Positions 1 through 7,768 of a stretch of 34,631 nt of DNA are shown piece by piece. Origin of the DNA: a virus (lineage: Duplodnaviria; Caudoviricetes); the IMG/VR virus record IMGVR_UViG_3300010011_000010, positions 1-34,631 of that record; one strand, written 5' to 3'. The translations under genes were made by a program, and so were the position numbers. The notes under the pieces are model-generated. The model did not search any database. It was not told the DNA's origin and saw nothing but the letters and a program-made list of their open reading frames with translations. Numbering within the stretch: the stretch's first letter is position 1; each line of letters opens with the position of its first letter.

Positions 1-20
1 GAGACCTCTCTCCCCTGCCA
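1..20 (+). tRNA. 3' end of tRNA-Trp (part of left att core)
   Basis: GAGA-CCTCT-CTCCCCT-G-CCA = end of T loop, 3' T stem, 3' acceptor stem, discriminator and CCA. It continues the CTCCAAA-ACCGA-GGGCT-GGGGG tRNA segment at the far end of the window, with only TTC missing at the junction. Confidence 0.8.
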
Positions 21-34
21 TATGAAATCAAGTA

Positions 35-62
35 AAACCGGAGTTTTCGCGCTCCGGTTTTT
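35..62 (+). terminator. intrinsic terminator after the tRNA
   Basis: AAAACCGGAG-ttttcgcg-CTCCGGTTTT hairpin followed by a T run. Confidence 0.75.
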
Positions 63-87
63 TGATGCACATTTTAGATTTAGCTGT

Positions 88-108
88 TTGGTGACCATTT
101 GGTGACCA
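88..108 (+). repeat. integrase arm-type binding sites (left arm)
   Basis: TTGGTGACCA x2 with an 11-bp period. The same tandem occurs at 34482-34502. Confidence 0.75.
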
Positions 109-185
109 CTTTATGAAATTAGTATCTCTATTATTATTTTTGCCCCGTCCATCAATCCTCTGCGATAAAATAATTCGCTTAGGTA

Positions 186-214
186 TTGACTTTAATTCAA
201 TTTAGGTATATACT
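186..214 (+). promoter_or_regulatory. sigmaA-type promoter of moron 1
   Basis: TTGACT-17 bp-TATACT upstream of an AAGGAG RBS. Confidence 0.75.
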
Positions 215-241
215 TATATTAAAGAAAGGAGTTGACGAGAA

Positions 242-403
242 ATGACAACTAAGGAAAAATGGGAGTTAAGAGCAAAGAGATTAGAACTAAGCATGGAGGC
301 AATCTGCATCACAGCAGACCCAGACTATGAGGCCAAGGTGGCCGCGATCGATGCGGAGATAGAAAGAATCACGGAGATTTTAGGAGAGATGCCCAGTGAC
401 TAA
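242..403 (+). CDS. 53-aa hypothetical helical protein (not in ORF track)
   Basis: AAAGGAG RBS. Translation: MTTKEKWELRAKRLELSMEAICITADPDYEAKVAAIDAEIERITEILGEMPSD*. Confidence 0.7.
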   Translation: MTTKEKWELRAKRLELSMEAICITADPDYEAKVAAIDAEIERITEILGEMPSD

Positions 404-569
404 GAAGCAGTCAGTAGGACGGCCCCCAATGGGGCCCGACGAAAAGAGAAAGCCCCGCAGTGTCAAAATGTCAGATGCTGAGTGGGAGGAGATACAAAAG
501 CGGGCCGCAAAGTTAGGGATTACAGCAAGTGAATATATCCGGCTTAGAACATTAGTAGCCGGGGACTAA
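396..569 (+). CDS. 57-aa ribbon-helix-helix (CopG/MobC-like) DNA-binding protein (not in ORF track)
   Basis: GTG start after AGGAG. GRPP...KRKPRSVKMSDAEWEEIQKRAAKLGITASEYIR gives a beta-alpha-alpha pattern. Confidence 0.7.
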   Translation: MTKKQSVGRPPMGPDEKRKPRSVKMSDAEWEEIQKRAAKLGITASEYIRLRTLVAGD

Positions 570-584
570 GCCCCGGCCCTCTTT
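558..584. terminator. hairpin terminator between convergent moron 1 and the lysis operon
   Basis: GCCGGGG-actaag-CCCCGGC stem. Confidence 0.6.
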
Positions 585-866
585 CTACTTAAAATACCCG
601 ATAATCTTATCTTTGATCGCTTCCACGCCGAACTTCGCAGTAATAATTCCCGTTACGATAACGAACAAAGGCATATACGATGGGTCGAGATAGGCAAGCA
701 CCGCCACGATCAGCAGACTGCCGATATAAGGCAGAATTGCCGTCTGTAAAAAGCGGGGGGCCTCTCTAATGTCAAACTCGCCTTTGATAAAGGCGAATAG
801 CCAGCCCAAAAGAGTGTCGCCAATGATAGCAATCGAGCATATCTGAATACCTGTTAGTATCTCCAT
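585..866 (-). CDS. small membrane protein, holin-like
   Basis: 93 aa with 2-3 hydrophobic segments and a basic C-terminus, directly downstream of the endolysin. Confidence 0.6.
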   Translation of the reverse strand: MEILTGIQICSIAIIGDTLLGWLFAFIKGEFDIREAPRFLQTAILPYIGSLLIVAVLAYLDPSYMPLFVIVTGIITAKFGVEAIKDKIIGYFK

Positions 867-867
867 A

Positions 868-1605
868 CTATTTACCCTCCGTTCGCTCTGCCATCCGTTG
901 CATCAACATCCAAAACAGGTACTGAGGAGTGGGGGCCGCCAGCTTTTCCTCTTTACCCCAGTCCGCAGCATTTAGCACCAGGCCCTTCTTCTCCAGATAG
1001 GCCAGGGCGTCTCTGCCTCCATCAATCATCCACTTATCAAGTGCCACGTCAATCACTCCTTTCGCCAGGTACTGCAGTATACCGCTGGCAATACCCTGAG
1101 CAATCTGTTTCAGTTTGTCAGCTGATCTTAAAAATGCCGCGTCAGTTGTGGAATCAATAAAGCCGCATTCGACCAGTACAGCTACGCCTTTTGGTTTGCG
1201 TAACATATATAAGTAATCATCAGTACCACTAGAGTTCGCCTTGGATTTTATACCTCGGTCGCGGAATTGGATCCGCTTTAATATGCTATCCTGGATAGCC
1301 TGTCCTAGTTGTCTGGACTCTTTGACATGATGGAATGCTGATACCCAAGTTTCGAGCCCATAGCCTCCGCCTGCGTTTACATGGATGCTCACGCTGATAT
1401 CTGCTGCTGGGGCTCTTTCCTGAGTCAGGTCTATAAAACGATCTGTCTCCCGGGTAAGTATCACAGTCTGTCCTGCAGCTCTGAGTAACCTAGCAGTTTC
1501 AAGAGCGATGGACAGAGTAATATCTTTTTCCTTTAGACCATTGCTGACTGCTCCAGGGTCTTTACCACCATGACCGGGGTCGATACAAATCCTCATTAAT
1601 CTCAC
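868..1605 (-). CDS. endolysin, N-acetylmuramoyl-L-alanine amidase (Amidase_3)
   Basis: IDPGHGGKDPGA, E, SIHVNA and VLVECGFI zinc-amidase motifs. Likely start at MRICID. Confidence 0.92.
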   Translation of the reverse strand: MRLMRICIDPGHGGKDPGAVSNGLKEKDITLSIALETARLLRAAGQTVILTRETDRFIDLTQERAPAADISVSIHVNAGGGYGLETWVSAFHHVKESRQLGQAIQDSILKRIQFRDRGIKSKANSSGTDDYLYMLRKPKGVAVLVECGFIDSTTDAAFLRSADKLKQIAQGIASGILQYLAKGVIDVALDKWMIDGGRDALAYLEKKGLVLNAADWGKEEKLAAPTPQYLFWMLMQRMAERTEGK

Positions 1606-1608
1606 CTC

Positions 1609-2109
1609 CTAAATGGGTGGCTTATTATTCTCTTCCCCATCCTCAACGATCTGTTCCAGCTTCCTCTTGCTAAATCGTTTTAGCCAGGCGAATTCCTCGA
1701 CACCAGCTTCAATAAAATTCTCACAAGTGCTTTCCAACTCTACAAAAAAGAAGATCCCGTAAATAATAGAGCTGGCTACATAGGCATACTCATAGGGGAA
1801 CCTGGTGATCTGAGCGGCAAAGACACACATAATAAAATAAGCCGGGATCTTCACCTTCGCCCCGGCCAGTGCCTTATCTGATTGTATGTGCCCCTCTCGG
1901 ACTGCTTTCCAGAAGCCTCCATGCTGTACCGACTCTGAAATGAGCCTGGATAACAAATCCATGGCTACAGCTGTCCATAGCGCATAAAACGCAGCTCCTG
2001 GTTCCCCCAGGAGATAACCGATTACAGCTAACCCAAAACTTACTAACCAAGCCAGTGGGTTAGCCAGCGCGTCTCCTATTTTCCCGATAGTGATTACCGC
2101 ATAGGTCAC
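1609..2109 (-). CDS. holin (phage holin 4-1 / TcdE-like)
   Basis: Several TM helices, D-xx-S...S..GAKVK and ELESTCEN motifs, located upstream of the amidase. Confidence 0.75.
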   Translation of the reverse strand: MTYAVITIGKIGDALANPLAWLVSFGLAVIGYLLGEPGAAFYALWTAVAMDLLSRLISESVQHGGFWKAVREGHIQSDKALAGAKVKIPAYFIMCVFAAQITRFPYEYAYVASSIIYGIFFFVELESTCENFIEAGVEEFAWLKRFSKRKLEQIVEDGEENNKPPI

Positions 2110-2154
2110 CTCATCCCCTCCCTAAATTCAAATAGCCGCCCCTCGGACGGCGGT

Positions 2155-2183
2155 TTGCCCCTTTGACCTCCATCTAGTAAAAT
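2155..2183 (+). promoter_or_regulatory. putative sigmaA promoter of the surface-protein moron
   Basis: TTGCCC-17 bp-TAAAAT, then an AAGGAGG RBS before ATG 2206. Confidence 0.5.
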
Positions 2184-2205
2184 ATTGTCAAAGGAGGTAT
2201 GCACT

Positions 2206-3213
2206 ATGAAGCGATTAGTATCTTTGATGTTGAGCATAGCCCTGTTGTTGACGATGGTTGGGCCGGTGATGGCGATTACGCCCGGCGCTATTATTACCGA
2301 AGTTCGGTTGATGGAGGCGGACGGCAAACATAGTAACGATTTAATAACCAGCGCCTTAATAGATTTGTCTCTTTTGGAAACCCAAGGAACTGTGACTGCG
2401 ACTGTTTATGAGTCCGTCTATGAAAACCAAACCGTAAATAACTATACCGATATATTGCGGCAAACCCCTGCCGAAGCAGTTGTTAAGCTGACGCATTTTA
2501 TCTTTGAGCTTACTAACCAATACCGCCTACAAGAAACCGACCTCATGATAACCGTTCCTCCCGATCGCCAAACAGTCCAAGCATATGTTTACGGCCAGTA
2601 CAAAGACCAAGCTATGTATTCCATACTAACCGGTCTCCCTGACTGCTTAAACCATGAACCTTACTCTCGTCCACCATCTGGTGGAGGAAGTGGCGGAGGC
2701 AAAAGCTCAGATGATTCATCATGGATTGACCCATACTCACCGGAAAATATCGGCACAGACCCGATAACCTCATTTCAGGTGACTACCTTCGCTATAAACA
2801 AAAAAACTTATACTATTACATCTGCTCCTGGTGGCACTGAAAATGAGGAAGCTACCGCACCAACGATTCAGACTATGGACGTAGCACCCTATGTGAAAAA
2901 TGATCGCACCTATGTCCCAGTACGTTATTTAGCCTACTCACTAGGAGTAGAAGAAAACGGCGTGACATGGGACGGCCAAACACGAAAAGTGGGCATTACT
3001 AAAGACGATACTGAAATCGCCTTAATCATCGGCAGTCCTGTGATGTTGGTGAATCAAAAACCCGTCCGTATGGATGTATCGCCTGAAATCACTAATGACC
3101 GCACTTTTCTGCCCGCACGATGGGTAGCGGAAGCACTCGGCGCAGAAGTAGAATGGGATGATACTAATAAACAGGCGATTATAAAACTACCGATAAAACA
3201 GCCGGGGAACTAA
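2206..3213 (+). CDS. secreted protein with a C-terminal copper-amine-oxidase N-terminal-like (stalk) domain; moron
   Basis: Signal peptide MKRLVSLMLSIALLLTMVGPVMA, a Gly/Ser linker, and two repeats MDVAPYVKNDRTYVPVRYLAYSLG / MDVSPEITNDRTFLPARWVAEALGAEVEWD. Confidence 0.85.
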   Translation: MKRLVSLMLSIALLLTMVGPVMAITPGAIITEVRLMEADGKHSNDLITSALIDLSLLETQGTVTATVYESVYENQTVNNYTDILRQTPAEAVVKLTHFIFELTNQYRLQETDLMITVPPDRQTVQAYVYGQYKDQAMYSILTGLPDCLNHEPYSRPPSGGGSGGGKSSDDSSWIDPYSPENIGTDPITSFQVTTFAINKKTYTITSAPGGTENEEATAPTIQTMDVAPYVKNDRTYVPVRYLAYSLGVEENGVTWDGQTRKVGITKDDTEIALIIGSPVMLVNQKPVRMDVSPEITNDRTFLPARWVAEALGAEVEWDDTNKQAIIKLPIKQPGN

Positions 3214-3222
3214 ACCCCGGCT
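3200..3222. terminator. bidirectional hairpin overlapping two convergent stop codons
   Basis: AGCCGGGG-aactaaa-CCCCGGCT. Confidence 0.5.
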
Positions 3223-3422
3223 TCTTCCTCTGGTATCAATGCCAGTTCCGCCTCTAATTTCGCCTTTTTCCTTTCTAGTAAATCCCTTCTGTCCATGTGA
3301 CGGGATTTTTGTTCAATTAGAGCTGTTATATTCCGGTCACAATTATCGACTTGCTTTGCTAATATATCTATTTGCCTGTCAAGCTCTTGTATCTCAATAA
3401 GTAATGCTTCCTTTTCGTCCAT
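3210..3422 (-). CDS. 70-aa coiled-coil protein at the end of the tail module
   Basis: Heptad pattern. Abuts the stop of the upstream tail gene. Confidence 0.75.
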   Translation of the reverse strand: MDEKEALLIEIQELDRQIDILAKQVDNCDRNITALIEQKSRHMDRRDLLERKKAKLEAELALIPEEEAGV

Positions 3423-4922
3423 CTATCTCACCCCCTTGCTAACGTATTCCGGTAAGTAAATATCTGCAAAGTTTTTTCTGTAAGCGGACAAAGTCCAAGA
3501 AAAGTCCAGTTGTTCAATATTTGAAGATACAACAAAATATGTGTCCGCTATTTCACTAATCCACAGTTCAGCCCGTGCATGTGGTGTTAGTTGAATAACC
3601 CAACGAGCAACCGAATTTGGTTCAATACACTCCAAGAACATAGGTTCTATGTCGATGCGGCAGGTTCCGTTGGTTATCTCTCCGACACCTTCTACAATGT
3701 ATTTATGATCCGGGCTTTCTCGGACTACTAAGGTTCTTGTCCCGTAATTTTCCGTAATTTCTACGTTACTTTTGCTCCCAGAATATATGGTACCCGACAC
3801 CCACAAATCATTTTTTACAAAAGTTACCCCAGATGCGTCAAGGTCAATGTCGCTTCCCCGCAAGAGCAGCATTCTATCGCTTCCGGCATTGTTGCGAGCA
3901 TGAATCCTTAAACCTGTCCCCGCGGCATCATCAAAAACAGATATTTGGCCCATCATGCTATCTAAAGCCGTGTTGTAAAACTGCATCATCCCGCCACCAG
4001 ATGACCATATGTTGAGCGCCGTTTTCCCGTTTTCCTTGATTTCCAGAGGCTCAAAGCCTGCGCCTATGCGAACATAGCTTGTTGCACCTTTTTGTCCGCT
4101 TTGGAATGTTGTACCGTATATTTTACTAGCTTCAATTAGCCCATCAATAATCCTAATGCCATATTTTCTAACCGCGTCTTCTAACCAGCTACCCAACAAT
4201 GCCCGTAATGCACCTTCAGCATCATAGACTTTATAACCATCCGATTCAGCCCGGAGGTAGCCTGGCAGTTGTTTCATGTCCTCTGACGTGTAGAACGGCA
4301 CACCCGTCTTATGCCAGCCCGTGCGGATATTGACCTCTCGATAAACCTTGTCAATTCTTAATTCGTCCACCAGCGTGTTGATTGCATTAGCCCCGTTGCG
4401 GTCAGTGCCGATGTAGGCATAACTGCCAAACGCTGAGGGCAGTCCCGGATTCTCAATGTAGCAGGCTTCTTCATCGTTCACTACCAAAGATAATCTTTCG
4501 GGTTTCCATGCTAGGGAAATGCTGTCCCAGCCGGTTAGGGTGGATTTGTTTGGGCCGTAGACTAGGGTTATGTCAGCCCAAGCAGTAAGAATTTCTATGT
4601 TTACTTCCTGCAATTCAGGAGAGGCATGCACGTCCGTAGTGGTCAACACCGCCCTTGTTTTTAGTTGGACATTTTGCAAGCTCTCTAATTCATCAATGCC
4701 CGGAACTGCCTGTCCGTTCGTGCAAGGCAACCAATTAGTCCAAGTAGCACCGTTATCGGTACTTAGGGCAATCTCTATTAATACAGTTGTGCCTACGGGA
4801 GTGCTAGCCAACCAAGATATGCTTGAAGATACAGGTATTATATTTTGCGCAGCTATAACGACTGCTGGCGATATGCGGTATCCCGTTGTATGTCGTTCTG
4901 TAAAACTGTTCCATGTAGCCAT
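3423..4922 (-). CDS. tail protein, C-terminal part: second half of a LamG-like domain, beta-rich shaft, C-terminal chaperone-like domain
   Basis: WDSISLAWKPERLSLVVND...AYIGTDRNG...LVDELRIDK is the LamG C-half. GSKSNV...YGTRTLVVRESP...EGVGEI is typical of tail-spike C-termini. GGGAGGGG RBS. Confidence 0.75.
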   Translation of the reverse strand: MATWNSFTERHTTGYRISPAVVIAAQNIIPVSSSISWLASTPVGTTVLIEIALSTDNGATWTNWLPCTNGQAVPGIDELESLQNVQLKTRAVLTTTDVHASPELQEVNIEILTAWADITLVYGPNKSTLTGWDSISLAWKPERLSLVVNDEEACYIENPGLPSAFGSYAYIGTDRNGANAINTLVDELRIDKVYREVNIRTGWHKTGVPFYTSEDMKQLPGYLRAESDGYKVYDAEGALRALLGSWLEDAVRKYGIRIIDGLIEASKIYGTTFQSGQKGATSYVRIGAGFEPLEIKENGKTALNIWSSGGGMMQFYNTALDSMMGQISVFDDAAGTGLRIHARNNAGSDRMLLLRGSDIDLDASGVTFVKNDLWVSGTIYSGSKSNVEITENYGTRTLVVRESPDHKYIVEGVGEITNGTCRIDIEPMFLECIEPNSVARWVIQLTPHARAELWISEIADTYFVVSSNIEQLDFSWTLSAYRKNFADIYLPEYVSKGVR

Positions 4923-4954
4923 TGGACACCCCTCCCTTCATAACACCTTTCAAA

Positions 4955-4982
4955 GTTGCGCTTCATTAGTCTACTGTGCGTC
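4955..4982 (-). other. putative dif-like recombination site downstream of the fibre gene
   Basis: GACGCACAGTA-GACTAA-TGAAGCGCAAC overlaps the fibre stop codon. It is a degenerate direct copy of 5292-5319. Confidence 0.45.
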
Positions 4983-5436
4983 ACTTCCAACTCCCAATAG
5001 CAATAGGAAATGCATAGATATAATTACCTCTGCTACCAAGTAAATGGAGTTTAATTGTCGCTTGTGTAGATGTGTACCCTGAATCAACATAATAAATATC
5101 TGGACTACCTAAAGCAGTGACAAAAATTGTCGGATCACTGATAAATGCCGCAGGATATGTCCATGTAACTGAATCTAACGCTTCTTCCAGTGCTCCAAAT
5201 CCTCCTAAGGCATTCTTCCAGCAAATCATGGTTCCATCATCAAATTTAATATATCTTCCATTTGCATTACTTCCACTTTCCTTGACGTGTTTTGATGCAG
5301 CTTCAGCCAAATGCGCACTAAACTCATCATCAATCTTTTGAAAATTTGCGGGTAAGTCTGTCCCTATAGTTACTTTGTAGTCATCGGTCAAAGCTGGCTT
5401 GACAAGATTCAAGACTTTGCCTGTTAATGTACTCAT
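4981..5436 (-). CDS. short tail fibre / receptor-binding protein (gp53-like C-terminal module)
   Basis: N-terminal LNLVKP...D...NFQKID fibre-attachment segment, SAHLAE junction, and SGSNANGRYIKFDDGTMICW...YPAAF...AIGSWK C-module. Confidence 0.8.
   Translation of the reverse strand: MSTLTGKVLNLVKPALTDDYKVTIGTDLPANFQKIDDEFSAHLAEAASKHVKESGSNANGRYIKFDDGTMICWKNALGGFGALEEALDSVTWTYPAAFISDPTIFVTALGSPDIYYVDSGYTSTQATIKLHLLGSRGNYIYAFPIAIGSWK
5292..5319 (-). other. putative dif-like recombination site inside the fibre gene (encodes SAHLAEAAS)
   Basis: AGTGCGCATTT-GGCTGA-AGCTGCATCAA: 11-6-11 layout. The left arm matches the E. coli XerC arm GGTGCGCATAA at 8/11. Confidence 0.5.
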
Positions 5437-5449
5437 AACAATACCTCCT

Positions 5450-7387
5450 TTATGCTAAATCGTTCCACGATGTCCCTGTGAAATCGTTCCACGTCCTTAT
5501 CGTTGTATCGGCAAGCTGTAACCCTCCTTCCGCTTGCCAAACTTGGGTTAGTGTCCCTGTGGTAAAGTCTGTTTCGGTCTGGTTAAAGTCGTCGGGGTCA
5601 CCCCGGTCCGTTATTTCCTCTACATATATCTTGCCGTCACCGCTTATACCAACCCTTAACCCTTCGGTATTGGTGGAATCAGGTAAGTCGATGATTACGC
5701 TGTTATTAGGCGAATTGGCAAGGTTTTTAGCCCTGAGATTGATTGTCCCGTTATTTACCGACATTCCTATTGTTGATACTTTAACGGGACTTTCCACCGC
5801 CTGCCCAAAACAACCCGTATCAAAATTCTCATCACCGATCGCCGCCACGCCCTTATGACTGTTCAAGCTCCCGTCAAAGTGCCACAATCCTACGCAGTCA
5901 GAGTCTACGCCCATGCCAACGGCGGATGCCCCTTCAATTTGACTAGGGTCGTAGCCGGGGGCGAAGGTGGTTTCGGGGCCGATTCTTACCACGCCAGCAT
6001 CGAGCTGTCCTGTTTTAATGAAGTTGGCGTTTATGGCCCCGTCCATGGTCATGGCTATCTCGTATTCACGGTCAGGGTTATCCGCTCCTACGCAATTATC
6101 GCTGTAGCCCAGGCCGCCCATGTTCCAGCGCCAAATTTTAGTCGCCTGCTCCGGATCGGGGTGGTCCATAATTAATATTTCGTTGGTCTCATCGGGTGCC
6201 TGTCTAATCAGCACATGGCCGCCAATAGCGTCCTTTATCAACTGGGCGGACTGATCAGCGGACAAAGCCAAGTCTTGAGCCGCCCTTGCTATCGCCACGA
6301 TGGAGGATACCGCTTTCATTTGCTGATTCTGTACGCCGCGCACAAGACCATGCTTCCCGGCTGCCTTGAGGTTGTGTGGGCCTCTGTAGCGCCATGTAGA
6401 GTGAGTTATGATGGATGCTACATCACCGCCGCCTAATACGCTGGTATCAGAGAGAGTCACGAAGTCCCCAGGTTGCAGAGCAGGATCGCCTATAAAATTA
6501 CTGTTGAAAGGTACATAGACTGCCGTAGTTATCTGAGCCAGAAGATTGTCCAGCACAGTGTTAATCTGCGATTCTGACAGTCCAGTCATGAGCGGGTTTT
6601 CTTCCAGGACCATTGTCATCCCGTCAGTGCCCCGGGAATACTCAGCTTCTCCAACCTGCATACTGACTTTTGTTATCTGGATTGCGAAGTCTGAAACGTC
6701 GGAGTTGAACCGCTCGGCCTTGTTTATGGTCTTAACACTGGGCCTCGCCTTGATAGGAACGATTTCAAGCTCACCCGAACGGTTCATCCGGGCAAATGCG
6801 CCCATAATCTGACACGCCCACATTAGTAGGTCACGACATGTCTTGATCTTAGATGCATCTGGAGCAGCCAGTAGCACCCCGGCATTGGCAAAGGTGTCAA
6901 TCTCAAAGACACTGGTGCCCAGGGTCACCCCAGCTAAATTACAAGCATGAACTACAAGATTGCGGGGACTGCTTGACCCTGGTTCCCCAACCGGTATGTC
7001 AAACAACAACATGCCATCCAGGGCAGTGAGATTGACATTGTTTGCCTTGCGCTGTATCTCTGTGACATAAAAGTATCCCAGAGGCACATATTCCCATAGG
7101 CTGCCAACGTTAATACCAAAATAGATATGTATCCGGGCACCGTCCAAGCTGTAGGGATTCTCAAGAGGCGTACTCAGGGACAGTCCCATTTCGGACGCAT
7201 AGACGTTCCCTACTTCGATATCCTCTCCGGCGACACACTGCTCCGTTACGTACAGGCTGCCCTGGACGATATCATCATCAGTAATGTTTATGATTGTGTC
7301 ATCCTTGAGCGTTATGGTGCCGGTGATTTTAATATCCCGCACGTTTTGGCCTATTGCCGTTTTATAAGCTGCGCTTGTTGGATACAT
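5450..7387 (-). CDS. tail tip / baseplate hub (Tal-like) protein ending in the first half of a LamG-like domain
   Basis: Follows Dit. Contains WRWNMGGLGYS...AMTMDGAINANFIKTG, then VGLWHFDG...GCFGQAV...GTINL...LRVGISGDGKIYV, and ends TWNDFTGTSWNDLA. Confidence 0.8.
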   Translation of the reverse strand: MYPTSAAYKTAIGQNVRDIKITGTITLKDDTIINITDDDIVQGSLYVTEQCVAGEDIEVGNVYASEMGLSLSTPLENPYSLDGARIHIYFGINVGSLWEYVPLGYFYVTEIQRKANNVNLTALDGMLLFDIPVGEPGSSSPRNLVVHACNLAGVTLGTSVFEIDTFANAGVLLAAPDASKIKTCRDLLMWACQIMGAFARMNRSGELEIVPIKARPSVKTINKAERFNSDVSDFAIQITKVSMQVGEAEYSRGTDGMTMVLEENPLMTGLSESQINTVLDNLLAQITTAVYVPFNSNFIGDPALQPGDFVTLSDTSVLGGGDVASIITHSTWRYRGPHNLKAAGKHGLVRGVQNQQMKAVSSIVAIARAAQDLALSADQSAQLIKDAIGGHVLIRQAPDETNEILIMDHPDPEQATKIWRWNMGGLGYSDNCVGADNPDREYEIAMTMDGAINANFIKTGQLDAGVVRIGPETTFAPGYDPSQIEGASAVGMGVDSDCVGLWHFDGSLNSHKGVAAIGDENFDTGCFGQAVESPVKVSTIGMSVNNGTINLRAKNLANSPNNSVIIDLPDSTNTEGLRVGISGDGKIYVEEITDRGDPDDFNQTETDFTTGTLTQVWQAEGGLQLADTTIRTWNDFTGTSWNDLA

Positions 7388-7399
7388 TGTCCAGACCTC

Positions 7400-7762
7400 C
7401 TAATACTCAATCAGCGATACAGACAGTTCCCAGAGGCTTCTACTAGGGTCAGTTGCCTTATAGTGCTTTAGTTCCCCGGACCGGTCCCCACAGTACATAT
7501 CACAGGTTTTATTAGTGTTGGTCGTGGGGTCAAAAAAGGTAACTTGAAATTTATCAGGTGCGAGTGCGTCCGTAATTGTCTTAATCTGCGTATGTTCCAC
7601 CAGCCAGGTGACTCCTATCTTATAAACACCGGCCCGGATCCGGTCCCGGATTAGTTCCCCGGTTTCGGTGCGGGCGGTATTAGCACTGTCTATGTCTTGG
7701 AGGGTGACGCTATACTTGGTCGGCGCGGGCATGTCAGTACCGCCGATTGAAATTATTGCCAT
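7400..7762 (-). CDS. distal tail (Dit-like, DUF6711-type) protein
   Basis: Located after the tape measure gene. P.P..Y...QDIDS...RTETG.L.RDRIR...MYCGDRS...LIEY pattern. Confidence 0.75.
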   Translation of the reverse strand: MAIISIGGTDMPAPTKYSVTLQDIDSANTARTETGELIRDRIRAGVYKIGVTWLVEHTQIKTITDALAPDKFQVTFFDPTTNTNKTCDMYCGDRSGELKHYKATDPSRSLWELSVSLIEY

Positions 7763-7768
7763 ATCGTC

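Noticed and set aside
4922-5450. Intron, intein or ribosomal hop joining the split tail genes
   Set aside because: There are no group I/II intron or intein motifs. The gap holds a normal gene, and the downstream gene has its own strong RBS.
3423-7387. Possible diversity-generating retroelement or invertase shufflon in the tail module
   Set aside because: No reverse transcriptase or serine invertase is present, and no TR/VR pair or inverted alternative fibre tips were seen.
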